Shown: positions 26,955 to 39,756 of the stretch, piece after piece
How positions within the stretch are numbered: the first letter of the stretch is position 1
Layout of the letters: each line of letters begins with the position of its first letter
NCBI GenBank assembly: GCA_008632985.1
Contig: QPGO01000112.1
Coordinates: 1 to 64,000, forward strand
Direction: 5' to 3'
Source of the DNA: Psammoneis japonica
Lineage: Eukaryota
DNA: 64,000 nt
The notes under the pieces: model-generated
What the model was told of the DNA's origin: nothing
What the model saw: the letters and a program-made list of their open reading frames with translations, nothing else
The model's database searches: none
Position numbers and translations under genes: made by a program

Positions 26955-28920
26955 TCATTTCCACATCTTAATCACGCCATCCCAGCCACATGTGAACACA
27001 GTTGAAGGCTCCAATGGATGCCAAACACAACCGATAGCTGGTCCATTGTCATGAGCACGATACTTCTGCAGCAGCCTGTGTGTAAAGGAAGAAAATACGA
27101 ATAAATATGTACGGTAAGAGAAGCACAGTCATGAAGCAATCACCATTTTGTCGACACGACGAAACATAAACTTACTTGCTTCGCTTCCATTCCCAAAAGT
27201 AGACTTTCCCATTTCCATCTCCGCTGACAAGAAATTGTCCATCCGGAGAAAAGCAAATATCACAAGCATAACCAGAAACTTGGTGGCCGGAGAACTTCTT
27301 CTTTCGTTGAAGACCAAAGCGATCGCGTCCTTGATACACCATGATTGTATTATCCAAGGATTGACCGACAAAGTATTGTCCCGTTGGATGTAACGCCATG
27401 CAAGGCATTGAATGCATGGAGGGATCCGAAATGTATTTTGTGGGGACCCCGATTTCCCATTCCCACACTAGCACCTTTTTGTCGTCGCTGCTGGTAATCA
27501 TCTTGGTCCCATGATCTTCGACAAACACAATGGCGTTCACAGGCGCCAGGTGGTGATTGTATTCTTGGGTAATTTCGCCCGATGTGGCATCATAGGTCAC
27601 AATTTTGTTGTCACTGCAGCCCACAACAAAGAAGTTGTCATCATGGGGATAGAATTGCACCACGTAAGGAACACGGCGGTTGGTGAAAGTGCCCAGAACC
27701 TTTCCTGATTCCGTATCCCACAAGCGCAAGAATCGATCAAAGGATGCCGACACAAACTTGGTACCATCCAGGTTGAATTGAACATCTCTCACAGCTGCAG
27801 TGTGTCCAATGTAGGTACGCATCACTTGTTTCTCTTCCACCGACCAAACTTTGCACTTTCCGTCAAGGCCCGCGCTGAGCATCAAATGCCCAGTACGGGG
27901 AAATAGACGAATCCGTTGGACGCCCTTATTATGTCCTGTGAAACGATGAACACATTTTTTAGGCACAAAGCAACGATGATGGTCCACATCCAGTGGGTCT
28001 GGTGAACTCAAGATTGACCCTAAGCCAGCAGGCGGAGCAATCCAAGAGCGACCACGGTAGTCAAAGTCCTCCTTCCCGTGAAACTGCGTCGTCGCCTCAC
28101 AAGCCTTGGGTTCTTCTGATCCCAACTGAGGCGGTAATAAGTGAGACATTTTTCTTTCAACCAACCGATCGAATTGCTGTTTTTCTGTCTCCTCCTCTTC
28201 TTGTCCCATGCGACGATTGCGCTCTTTGATGTGTTCACGCTCAGCCAACTGCTCTGGTGCCAATGATTCCACCCCACCCTTGGCTATATCAGATAACTGA
28301 TTCTCCTTAACCATGCGTTCATCCAAGGACGGAGGTGCCCAAATACCGTATTCCAATTCGTCGTCAGAGCCGTGGACAAGACTATCCGGTTCCTCTCTCC
28401 GACGTTTACGCAGTGTTCTCTCAGCTTCTGCACGACGTTCATCTTGTTGCTTGAACTTTTCTAGGCGTTGCTGATCATAACCTAACGTGCTTCGTGTAAT
28501 CACTGACCCATGTCCGTCGGGCGCAGACGCTTGGCCGGTACGCTGGAATGTCGTACGCTGGTCTTGAAAGGTGGTCTCGTCAAAGCTAACGTCGGCTTCT
28601 GTAGCTCCCGTCTGTCTCAGAGACGAAGAGGCTTGCTGCGGGTCTCCCTGAGCTGGACCCTGAATAGGTTGATACATGGTAAGCTTTGAAGGATTGTTCA
28701 TTAATACGAGCGATGTCTGTGAATTCGTCTGTTGCTGTGGTAAGCTCTGGGGTGCGCGAGAGCCACCACCTGTTGTTGTTCTTCCTACCAACAACGATTG
28801 CGACGGTGCAGCATTGAGATACTGACGGTCCGCGTTCTTGGCTGTCGCTGGCAATGCAACATTTTTTGAATCCTCCTCCTCCTCTGAAGATGCACTGCCG
28901 TATTCGTTCAACAAGTCCAT
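26955..28920 (-). CDS. CDC40: Pre-mRNA splicing factor CDC40/PRP17 (WD40); exons 28920-27176 and 27075-26955
   Basis: DYRGRSW, PKKCVHRFTGHNKGV, WD40 repeats; 100-bp GT-AG intron restores C-terminus LLQKYRAHD...WHPLEPSTVFTCGWDGVIKMWK*. Confidence 0.93.
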
Positions 28921-29601
28921 TGTCTTTTGAATAGCGTTGTCACAACAAGAGCGAGAGCGTAGTCAACATCGACCTAACCTTCGCTCTTTGTCAAAGTGCC
29001 CTCGACCCTCGACGCACGCCTCGACCGCAGAAAAACGAAAGTCGCGACAAAATGCGCGCGAGCCCTGCGCACGGACAGCAGCAGCGACGGGAGTGCAACA
29101 TTTTATGAGCTGTTTCGTACTGGAAACTCGTATGTACGACAATACGAAGCTGCACGTAGAATGCGCGGTGCGTGGACGAGCCCAGCGAAGAAGCGAGGCA
29201 ACAAAAGGCGCTTTCCACAGCATTCGACAAGGCACAAAGACACGTTTAAAGCAACGCATCGTCATCCATTGTGTATTCTGGTCACTCACATCACTTCTTT
29301 GCTTTTCTCTTGATTCGCCGGTTTGTGTTTCAACTCTTTCAGAATACAAACATCGTCCCGTTTTCACGTCCACTCGGACAAAGCGTCCGCCGTAGCCGTC
29401 CGTACAAAACCTACACGAGTGGCGCAGTTTCGTATCTAGTTATCGCAGACAGGCTGTCTTGCTGCACTTGCGACGGGAAGAGTTAGTAAGCTGAAAGAAA
29501 GATCGCGACTGCTTTCCATCCAGTTTTGATCTTTTGTGGTTCGTCATCCATTTTGGTGGCTAGTCCTCCAACCAGAGTATCTTAGTATCCAGTACGTAAT
29601 C

Positions 29602-30732
29602 ATGGTGGATCGCAGTGATGAAGAACAAGCGAGCCAGAATAGCACGCCGACCAAAGAAAATGACGAGGGACAGCATGGTCCCGTGATTGTGGTCGATACA
29701 TGTTCGGCTCCCATGCAGAATGGCAGCAAGACTAGTAATGAGTTCGGTCGGTTGAAAACGCCACCAGTGTGTATCGATCCAGAGTTTAAAAAGGAGGCCA
29801 CTCCATTTGAAGAACTGGCTGCCTTATGTTTCCCTCCAGATATTGTCAAAAAGAAGATACCTGTTGTGGAAGCAGAGGAGTCGAATGGCTGTGTACCATC
29901 TTCGCCATCATCTGGCGATGCAGTTGTGGAACATTTAGAGACGGCGACAAACGGAAATGGAGACTCTAAATTTTTGCTTCAGAGTCAAACTTCTGCAGTT
30001 TTGAATGCAAAAGTGTTTTCTCGAAAGACTTCACGGCAGGGTCGTAGCACTCAGCGCTGGGCGACGGATCCAAAGGCAAATCATCCCATTCGACTTGTAA
30101 CGGGTTGTGTTCCAATCATGAAAGATGGACGCATACTTTTTGTGACTGCGAGTCGGAAAAATGAATGGATTCTCCCAAAAGGAGGCTGGGAGACCGATGA
30201 AGCCATGGAGGAAAGCGCAATTAGAGAAACGTTTGAGGAAGCCGGAGTACTAGGCACACTTGGGCCTCGTCTGTCACCTGTTGAATATGAAACTAGAAAA
30301 GCGCGCAAGCGAAGATTAGAACTCGAGGAAATGCTTACGAAGAGCAAGAAGGGACGATCGGAGGCTGACTTTCCTTCGAGCGCCTCTGACCAGGTTCACA
30401 AGTACGATGACGACAACGCATCGTGTGAAAAAGGAGTGGCGCTTCCTGAAGCTGTTGCACCAACGCATGCTGCACTGAAAACAGAGCCGTTTGACAAACA
30501 GATTGTATCAGATGAGACATCGTCTCTCGCTTCAGATTCGTCTTCGACTTATTCATTTGTGCGCATGACACTGCTCCCCTTGTACGTATCCGAAGTCAAG
30601 GAAGCTTGGCCCGAAAGTGGTCGTTTTCGAAAAGTTGTCGACATTGACGAGGCGATCGAAATGCTTGGGTCAAGACCAGAGTTTCGTGCTGCTCTACAAG
30701 AAGTCAAAGATAAGGGCCTTCATCTGGTTTGA
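29602..30732 (+). CDS. Nudix hydrolase (diphosphoinositol-polyphosphate / Ap6A hydrolase-like)
   Basis: Nudix box GGWETDEAMEESAIRETFEEAGV, upstream SRQGRSTQRW and WILPKGG, downstream WPE..R. Confidence 0.85.
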   Translation: MVDRSDEEQASQNSTPTKENDEGQHGPVIVVDTCSAPMQNGSKTSNEFGRLKTPPVCIDPEFKKEATPFEELAALCFPPDIVKKKIPVVEAEESNGCVPSSPSSGDAVVEHLETATNGNGDSKFLLQSQTSAVLNAKVFSRKTSRQGRSTQRWATDPKANHPIRLVTGCVPIMKDGRILFVTASRKNEWILPKGGWETDEAMEESAIRETFEEAGVLGTLGPRLSPVEYETRKARKRRLELEEMLTKSKKGRSEADFPSSASDQVHKYDDDNASCEKGVALPEAVAPTHAALKTEPFDKQIVSDETSSLASDSSSTYSFVRMTLLPLYVSEVKEAWPESGRFRKVVDIDEAIEMLGSRPEFRAALQEVKDKGLHLV

Positions 30733-31065
30733 CCTCACGACATGAGAATGCTGTTCTTAGACTATGAATCTTTGAGTACACCAGGCCCTGAGCATCAAGA
30801 TCAAGATTGAGAACCGCGACTAGTCTAGAGGCCTCCTTTGAGAGAGCGGTTCGGTAGGACCTAATCAGACTTTTTTGACAGATCTTCAAGGCCCCGAGAC
30901 CCTCTAGGCAGTTGCGATTGCCACGGAGCGCTTGTTCTTCGTCGATCGAAAGTTGTGGTCAACTCGCTCAACGTTTTAGTATACCGTCTGCGTACAATAT
31001 ACAGTACCATTAAAAGAATAGAGTAAATTCCCGATTGTGGTAGCTTTCGTTCTGGAGATTGTTTG

Positions 31066-31245
31066 CTCTAGCTAGCTAGAGAGCTCTAGAGTAGTCGTAG
31101 CTACTTCTACTCTCTTTGCTACTCTCTACTACTGTACGTTATTAGAGAGCAGGGTAGAGAGAAAGAGAGAGCTCTCTCTACTTTAGAGCTACTACTCTCT
31201 CTAAGAGTACTGTAGCTCTACTCTCTAGCTAGAGTAAGAGAGTTA
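31066..31245. repeat. Low-complexity CTAG/AGAG/TAC-rich intergenic patch
   Basis: Scrambled tagagagctctagagtag/ctactct motifs; similar patches at ~37914-37975, ~40670-40790, ~45290-45350. Confidence 0.7.
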
Positions 31246-31249
31246 CCGT

Positions 31250-31430
31250 ATGAAGAGCCTATAAAGAACGGAAGGGAACAGCAGGAGGCACGGCGGCGGT
31301 AGCTGTAGTGACGGCAGAATAGAACGGAGTAAATACAGTGGACGTAGGGCGTTTAGTCGAAGGGACAGGGAACGTAGGAGCAGGGAGAGTTGAGGTAAAG
31401 CGGAGGGCATGCATAGAGAGATGAAGGACT
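31250..31430 (-). mobile_element. Short 3'-end fragment of the same LINE family as 1636-1875
   Basis: Reverse complement contains ctaaacgccct, ccgtcactacagctacc, ctgctgttcccttccg, ataggctct, all matching ~1690-1870. Confidence 0.8.
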
Positions 31431-31696
31431 ACTAGAGACTACATTGTACCGGTAGCTGAGAGCCTCTACTCAAGACTCAAGTGTACTGTAGAGCGAGTGT
31501 GTCGAACAGTCAGTACGAATTCAACAATGTATCACACGGCTCAATACCAGGGAGTTACGTACGGTACGGATGCTCTTGGTAGAAACATACGTGCATACGT
31601 ACGCGGCCCGCCGTCGTGCGTCCGCGTCCGTCGCTGACTGCATGGCGGCGGCGATTTGCGTTGCCCGTAAGACATCACTCTTTTGCTCCTTTCACC

Positions 31697-32261
31697 ATGA
31701 GAGCCCTCCTTTCCTGTCTTCTTTTCGCGCTTGCGCTGGTCTCTGCGTCGGCCTTTGGAGTTTATACTCCGGTCAATGTTTCGCCTTCAAAGGTAAGGAT
31801 GCGTCGGTTGGAGAGTTTCGTTGTCGTCGTCGTGTGTTCTTTGATGTGTGTCAGCCGCGCGTTGTGTCTGTTGTCGTCCGATGCCATCAATAACCATGGA
31901 CTTTGCAACAGGCGTGAGTGCAAGTAGGAAATGACTAAACCTTTTCTGCCCTGTATTCTTCCCTTGTACTATTCTTCAGAGCGGACGCACCTTCAATGGA
32001 GCGTCTAGCATGGAGATGAGAGCACGTGTCTGTGATCTACTCGGAAAGAAACCAAACCGTCAAGCTCGTGTTGTGACTTTTAGTCACCGACGCATCAAGA
32101 AGGTCCAGCAAGTGAACCTCCAGTGGAAGCGCTTCTACTCGGAAGATCTTAACAGAAAGGTCAGACTTCGTCTGTCGACAAAAGGAATCAAGACTGTAAA
32201 CAAGTACGGAGGAATTGACGCTGCTGCGAAGAAGTTCAATGTAGACCTTACCAAGTTTTAA
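31697..32261 (+). CDS. rpl28: Plastid-targeted ribosomal protein L28 (bL28); exons 31697-31792 and 31980-32261
   Basis: Signal peptide ending ASA-F (diatom plastid motif), phase-0 GT-AG intron, ARVCDLLGKKPN...SHRRIKKVQQVNLQWKR...LRLSTKGIKT. Confidence 0.9.
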
Positions 32262-32404
32262 ATTATAAAGAAGGCGAGGATTTGTTTAGAATGCAAGTGG
32301 AACACGTTGTGCTATTTGTGCCCGCTTTTCCCTTCCATAGTACTTTTTTAAGCGACTGCGGTTCGTTTGCAGCGATTTCAGTACTATGGCGAGCCTTTGC
32401 CCTA

Positions 32405-35400
32405 TCATGCTTGGCAGTTGATGCAAACTTCGAAGTCGTCAGCGACCTGAAGCTGGTTGTCCACGGTGTATTGGATAGCATTCACTGCTGGTTTCGTGCG
32501 GAGATAGTACATTCCGGTCTGGTTAAAAGATGTATGAGAATGCAGGAAAGAGTGAGTCTCCGTCCCGGTATCTGGTACAAGAACAGCAAGACTTCATCGT
32601 CCGAACTACGCACCTTCAAGCCCTTCTTCCATGCGTAAAAGTGCATGGCTGTCAATTTATCAACGCTGGGGTCAGCAACAAAAAGGTTTAGACTTTGGCT
32701 TTGATCCACGAATCTTCCTCTGTCTGCAGCCATGTCAATGATATCTTTCATTTTTATCTCCCAAACAGTTTTGTACAACTCTTTCAGGCGATCCGGAATG
32801 CAATCAATCTTGCCAACGGAGCCCCCGTCTCGCATGAGTTGATTTCGTACGGCAGGAGTCCACAAACCGCGGTCTGTTAAATCTTGCAGCAAATGGCGGT
32901 TTGCCATTATGAATTCCCCTGCCTTTACTCGTCTCAAATAGAGATTTGAAACGAATGGCTCAAAGCATTCGTTAACCCCAAGAATCTGCGAAGTGGATGC
33001 TGTGGGCATCGGCGCCAGCAGCAAAGAATTCCGCAAGCCAGTCTTGATTATTCTCTGGCGAAGAGCATCCCAGTCATATCCGTAACAGTCATCCTTTTCA
33101 CGGTATTTATGAATCCCTCTTTCTTTCTTGCCGTCGCATGCGCTGTTGATACGATGGCTTGGTGTATCTTCATCCTTGACCCCCCAGAGATTGTACTGAA
33201 GAAGACCCTCGCTAGCAGGGCTACCAGCAAAAGATTCGTAGCTTCCATCAGCTTCTGCCAGCTCGGCACTCGCCTCCAGCGCGGCGTGATAAATGGTTTC
33301 AAAAATGGCCTCGTTCAACTCTTTCGCTTCTTTGGATGCAAATGGCAGACCCAAACGCAAGAAGGCATCCGCAAGGCCCGATACCCCGATACCAATCGGG
33401 CGGTGCCGGCGATTTGATTTTTCTGCTTCTGGGATTGGGTAGCTGTTAATGTCAATGATCCTGTTCAAATTGCGAGTGACAATCTTGGTCGCCTGGTGGA
33501 GTTTCTCGTGGTCGAAGTATGCTTCGCTCGAACCTTTGGTAACTGAACCGTAAGGGCCACGGCTGGACACGACGAACTTTGAAAGGCATCTGCGAGTATA
33601 AGAAAGAGGAAACACAAAGCGTTTCAGCTTCTGGAGAGGTGGATTTGCGCAGGAAAAAGTCGACATTCGGATGAAGTGTCATAGAACTCACATGCTTGCA
33701 AGATTGCATACTGCAACTTCGTCCGTCGCCGTATACTGGACGATTTCTGTGCAAAGATTACTACACTGGATCGTGCCGAGATTCTTCTGATTGCTTTTTG
33801 AGTTTGCTGCATCCTTGTACAAGAGATACGGTGTTCCGGTTTCAATCTGCGCATCAAGGATCGCAAACCACAAGTCCCGTGCACGAACTTGCTTTGTGAA
33901 TCGCTTTTCTTGTTCGTACTGTTTGTAGAGCTTCTCAAACTCTTGTCCGTGACATTCAGAAAGCCCAGGGCATTGATTCGGACACATAAGAGACCAAACA
34001 CCGTCCTCTTCGACACGCCTCATGAATAGATCGGGTATCCAGAGTCCGTAGAATAAATCACGGGCCCGTTGTTCTTCCTTTCCGTGGTTCTTCTTGAGAT
34101 TGAGAACGTCAAAAATGTCTGCATGCCATGGTTCTAGGTATATAGCAAAGGCACCCGGGCGCTTCCCGCCTCCCTGGTCAACGTAGCGGGAAGTGACATC
34201 ATAAACTCGAAGCATTGGCACCAGTCCGTTGGAAACACCACGAGTCCCCTTTATATGTGTTCCCCGAGCTCGAATGTTGTGAACCGACAAACCGATCCCT
34301 CCAGCAGCCTGAATGTCATGAGAATGAGGTCGCAGGATAGCGAAACGTAAAACAATTTAGATACCAAGCAATTCTTCCCCGTCAAATCAAGTTATCTAGA
34401 CAACTCACCTTGGAGATGACCGCACACCGTTTCAATGTATCATAAATCCCATTGATAGAATCGTCCGACATTTTGACCAAGAAACAGCTACTCAATTGAG
34501 GATGTGTTGTTCCTGTATGAAATAAAGTCGGACTTGCGTGTGTAAAGAACCCCATGCTCATCATGTCGTATGTCTCAAAGGCAGCCTCGAGTTGTTCTTG
34601 CTCCGCCTTGGTTGAGCCGGTGCAGTGAATTCCAAGTGCTACGCGCATTAGCAAGTACTGCGGTCGTTCCACAACCTCCGCCTTTTCTGTTTTGAGCAGG
34701 TATGCTCGTTCCAGAGTCTTGAACCCAAAGTATGTCAGGTTGTGATCACGCTCATGAATTATACGTTGGTTTATCGTCTCCTTGTGACGTTCCACAAAAG
34801 CCGCTAGAGTCTTGTCTACAAACCCATCAACGCCGTAGGACAACTTTTGCATTGCTTCCGAAAAGGTGCTGGGCGTCATTTTGTGATTTTGAGCTATACA
34901 AAATCGTGCAGCCAAGCGATCATAGTCTGCATGTTGCGTCGCCATTGAAGCTGCTGTTTCGGCAGCCAGTGTGTCGATTTCGGTGGTTGTAACGTTTGGA
35001 TAAACTCCCTGAAGAACTGATTCAGCCAGGTGCTTGGGTGATACATACCTAAGATCTAGCCCTTTAGATAACTCCTCTATTCGTAACAATATCTACACGT
35101 TCATAGAAACACGATGCTGAAATAAGATCACCAAGTAGAAATAATGTTGACGCGGATCTCAGTCTGAGTTTCACGTACCTTTTTTCCATCCAGAGGCTCG
35201 AGGCGCCCGTCTCGTTTGGTTACATAAATTGATTCTTCTGTGCTTTCGATAGGATTTTTTAATGTATCAGGAGCGCGAAAAGTGCCAGTTGAACCGCCAG
35301 GGCCAATACGCTGAGGACGTGTCAAGCCGGGTGGTGAGGGACTTGCTTTGTCACCGGCATGTACGGTGCAAGACTTGAAAGCAGCTCCAATCAAGAGGAT

Positions 35401-35418
35401 TAATCGAAAAACAGACAT
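32405..35418 (-). CDS. RRM1: Ribonucleoside-diphosphate reductase large subunit (class Ia); exons 35418-35179, 35092-34409, 34308-33692, 33589-32614, 32518-32405
   Basis: ATP-cone start [59 protein letters not shown]-terminal CINC; four GT-AG introns keep frame. Confidence 0.95.
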
Positions 35419-35824
35419 CGTTCTCTACTCAGTTCTTACACATAAACTCTCGTAAGAATAACAACAAGTAAAGGATAAGTTTGGTGCGGTGGTAGGTGGT
35501 TAGCTACTGGGTTCAGGAGGAGATGTTGATGTAATCGAGCCTGTGATGTGATGGAGTGATCGTGATCGAAAATCTTGGATCGGCGGCTCGAAGTCCGCGG
35601 CGGTCGGCGGTCGGTCGGCGCGATACTTTAAATCTGTCTTCACGGATGAAGAATGTATTTGTACAGGAAACTTCGTATTACTTCTACGTACGAAATCAAG
35701 ACGTATCCGCCATCAACGCGCGTCGCGCATGAAGCATCACAACGCCACAAAATCAATCCAAAAAATCATCACCTGAAAGCTGTGCAAGCCAATGAATGAA
35801 GGTGCGATAGGACTCACTAGCATC

Positions 35825-36135
35825 TACTACAAATTGCAAGACAATTGCGCGATTCACGTGCCCGAAGGTGGAATATCGTTGCCCGAAGCAACATTCTCCC
35901 TTCGCGCAGATGTCATTTCTACGTATGATGTGGTATCAAAATTTTCATTTTGGTCGTCTAAATCGTCCCAGTCATTTCATCAAATGACCTTGTGGTACTC
36001 TCCTACGTGATCTACGCAAATCGGAGCTTCGGGCTGGCTGGTACATTTTCTACAGGCTCTACGTGCGCGAAGCTCGAATTTCAACAATCACCCTTCGGGC
36101 ACGTGAATCGCGCAATTGTCTTGCAATTCGTAGTA
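35825..36135. mobile_element. TA-flanked MITE with ~42-bp TIRs (Tc1/mariner-type) between RRM1 and PRPS
   Basis: TA-ctacaaattgcaagacaattgcgcgattcacgtgcccgaagg ... ccttcgggcacgtgaatcgcgcaattgtcttgcaattcgtag-TA, one mismatch. Confidence 0.85.
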
Positions 36136-36178
36136 ATCTCTTGCACATCTAACAGTTTTTCACAAGTTTTGAAAGACC

Positions 36179-37583
36179 ATGATGCACCGCATGCTTTCGC
36201 ATCAGGCTCTCAAACGACGCGTCGGTCGCTATTGTATGGGCGCTGTGCGGACCACATCGATGGCGACTGCATCGAATGCCGACTCAACAGGCCATACAAA
36301 TATGATGACGGGTCTGGCCGCATTGATCGCGCTAGCAGGGGGTACAGCAGTCGGGGCAGTGTCGCTGGCGTCGTGTGAGGTGAAGCAACCGCCAGTCAAG
36401 AATCCTTCGACTCCATCGTTCCTTCAAGCAACAAGTGCTGATGCACCATCGTTGGAAGGCGATACTCCGCCAATTACGGAAGAAGAAGCAAGGTTTGCAG
36501 AAGCCACTCGCAAAGCGAAAAAACACTCGGGTGGCTTGAAGCTGTTTAGTGGCAATGGAAACATGGCACTTGCTCTGGAGATTGCTAGGTACCTGCGTAT
36601 TAATTTGGGGAAGGCGACTGTTTCAAAGTTCGCTGATGGTGAAGTGAACGTAATGATTCACGAAAATGTGCGCGGCAAGGATGTTTACGTTATTCAGCCT
36701 ACATGTCCGCCTGTCAATGATAACATTATGGAGTTGTTACTCATGGTTTCAACCCTCAACCGTGCCAGTGCCCGACGAATCACCGTTGTTATCCCATACT
36801 ATGGATACGCCCGTCAGGACCGCAAGATGCAGGTTAGTTCAACAGCCAGCCTGTGTATTACGTTTTGTATCTTTCTGTCTCTATACTGATACAGTCATTG
36901 TATCATGTGATTTCTTTCTACAGGCACGTGTCCCCATCTCGGCAGCTGATGTTGCTCGTCTTTTGGAGTCCATGGGAATCGACCGCGTGATTGCCGTTGA
37001 CCTTCACTGTGGCCAGATTCAAGGTTTCTTTGGTCCCCGAGTTCCCGTCGATAACCTTGATGGGGGTATTGTTGGATTGGATTACTTTGGATCCAAAGAT
37101 CTGCATAACCCTGTTGTAGTCAGTCCGGACGCTGGCGGTGTCTACAGAGCCAAGAAGTTCAAAGAAGGCCTTGCACACAAATACGAGATGGGCGACATTG
37201 GTCTTGCCATGATTATCAAACAAAGGGCCAGAGCTGGGACTGTTGACCAAATGGACTTGGTTGGTGATGTTACAGACTGTGACTGTATCATTGTCGATGA
37301 CATGATTGACACCGCTGGCACCTTGTGCAAAGCCGCGGACGTGCTGGTAGCCAAGGGTGCTCGACGCGTCTTTGCGTTCGCCAGCCACGGCCTTTTGAGT
37401 GGACCTGGAAACGACAGGATTGCACAGTCAAAGCTAGAAGAATGTGTCATCCTCAACACGATTCCATCTTCACCGCAGAGGAAGGCAAACGAAAAGCTAA
37501 CTGAGCTCAGTGTAGCCCCTCTACTGGCGCAGACAATTTTCAACATTCACGCCAAAAAGAGTATCTCAGCTCTCTTCAAGTAA
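36179..37583 (+). CDS. PRPS: Ribose-phosphate pyrophosphokinase (PRPP synthetase) with N-terminal extension; exons 36179-36832 and 36924-37583
   Basis: [62 protein letters not shown]; Arg-rich mitochondrial-like leader. Confidence 0.95.
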
Positions 37584-38262
37584 AAGTCGGAACCACATAG
37601 AAGATAGACAAGTCGCGATTCCGTGGCATTCTTATGCTGAAATGGTAGTTATCAATCTTGAGCAATCTGGTCATGGTTTCTTCCTTCAAAGTACAAGTAG
37701 TTGTTTGCCAGCGTACTCTTTTTTTGTGCTGGGTAAGTGTTGGTAAAGCTTGTGATGCAGACTAGAGTTTAGCATTGCAAGCGCATTCTCAGTCAGCTTC
37801 TTCGTAATTTTGGATGCACGAAGAACGGTGCCGACAGGCAAGTGGGGTGAGATTGATACTTTGCACTGAGCTTCCTCGGGGGTTGCATGCCCCTGTGGGT
37901 CAGCTTCCGTCCATCTACTCGTAGCTACTAGTAGCTAGCTACTACTAGAGTAGAGATAGAGTAGAGAGTCGCTCTCAGTTCTCGCTCATGTTACATCCTT
38001 GGCAGCTTCTCTCGACAGGCTAGTCGAATGAATCAATCTGGGGTTTCGCGACACCCGCGCGCAAAAAGGATTCAAATTTTGAATTTGCGCGCAAAAACAT
38101 CCTTCGCACTTCCCTTCTCTCGATGCGAACGCGAACATCAACCACAATTTTCTCCGAGTTGAAAAGAATCGCAACAGAATTCATCCTACACTGGAACCAT
38201 CAAGATATTTCAAGAAGCTTGTGACTTTTTAGTCTAGAATCTGTCGATAGAATCAGAAGAAA

Positions 38263-38976
38263 ATGCTTACCTCGGCCATCACCAAACTTAAGCCTGGCGT
38301 TACCGTGGCACGATCGATCATCTCGCGCTCCATGGCGACCAGCAACATCTGTCGTCTCAAGGCCCTCTGCAAAGCCAATTCAGCTGTTCTCACGCAAAAT
38401 ATCTCCCTCATTGATGCCCTCGTGAATCGAAAGCACGCTGACGGTGCCAATGAGATCTTTCAAACTACTTGCCCTGTCGTCAACACCACGGTAGGACAAC
38501 AGTTTCGCCACACTCTCGATCATCTCGAGAAGGTTGCACTCGACGGCCTTAGTACTGTCCGTGACAACGAGAAGCCTCGTGACCTTCACTATGATGTTCG
38601 TGAACGCGGCACTATTTTCGAACGCGACGTGTTTGAGGCACGCGAACGTGCGTGCTTCATTCGAGACATCTTTGACGGCGTTCATGCCGGGTGCGAGCAA
38701 GAGGGAGATGAATCTAGCACTTTAGACGGCCAAACAAAGTTGACTGTCTACTATACGCTTCCTGGGGGTGACCGTGACGACATTGAGATCCCTCTTGCTA
38801 CGACGCTCGAGCGTGAAATGGGATTCTGTTGCCACCACGCCATTCATCACAACAAGTTGGTGCGAGCCATCGCTTCTGCTGGTCAAACAGGCCTCATCCT
38901 GGACGATCTTCCCTCAGACTATGGTCGTTGGCCTACAGCGCTAGTGAATGACCTTGCAAAGGAAGAGGCTGCTTAG
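38263..38976 (+). CDS. DinB/YfiT-like putative metalloenzyme with mitochondrial-like presequence
   Basis: TVGQQFRHTLDH, YDVRERG, TLEREMGFCCHHAIHH motifs; basic Ser/Thr-rich leader. Confidence 0.7.
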   Translation: MLTSAITKLKPGVTVARSIISRSMATSNICRLKALCKANSAVLTQNISLIDALVNRKHADGANEIFQTTCPVVNTTVGQQFRHTLDHLEKVALDGLSTVRDNEKPRDLHYDVRERGTIFERDVFEARERACFIRDIFDGVHAGCEQEGDESSTLDGQTKLTVYYTLPGGDRDDIEIPLATTLEREMGFCCHHAIHHNKLVRAIASAGQTGLILDDLPSDYGRWPTALVNDLAKEEAA

Positions 38977-39269
38977 AGATGACGAACGGTATACAGCACT
39001 GCCTTTTTGTTTATCAGACTGCATGAAATATTCAAACACGGTGTTTCCTGCGACTTGACACTGGGCTGAAACGAGCCCAAATGCGATTCGACAGAAAACT
39101 CACGTCTTAGACTGTGTCATGTATACCTTAGTATTGGATTACTATGGTTGTGTATGTTTTGCATCATTACAGTAGTTAAACGTCAAAGTTCGGGGAAATG
39201 GAGTCAAAGTTTCCACCGCTGCGACATTCGCATGTCTCTTTGAAGGTACGAAGCAGTCTCTAAAGAGGG

Positions 39270-39644
39270 GACGAGTCTCTAATCCTGACTCTTACCAGCA
39301 TCCTGCAATAGAGGATTGAGCGTTGTTGCTCTGAACTGTGTCTACTCCCTGCGTTCCTAACGTGGCTACCGGTACGATAGAAAACCAACGCAAACACCAA
39401 TGCTTGGAGCGTTGGGAGTTCGATCATTCGCATTTCGCGATCAAGTATGTCCCTGTGACGAGTCTCTAATCCTGACTCTTTACCAGCAACCTGCAATAGA
39501 GTATCGAGCGTTGTCATTCTGAACTGTGTGTACTCTCTGCGTTCCTAGAATGGCTACCTGTACGATAGAAGAGCAATGCAAACGCCAATGTTTGGCGCGT
39601 TGGGAGTTCGATCATTTGCAACACGCGACCAAGTATGTCCCTGC
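39270..39644. repeat. ~187-bp direct tandem duplication
   Basis: gacgagtctctaatcctgactc at 39270 and 39457; both units end in caagtatgtccctg. Confidence 0.88.
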
Positions 39645-39756
39645 GTGTTTCTCCTTTGACAAACAAAACCTCACAACTTCTCTAAGCTCGCAGAACAGAA
39701 AGTATGACAAATGATTCTCTAGCTAGAGGTAGGTAACGTAATGCATAGGCCCTACT

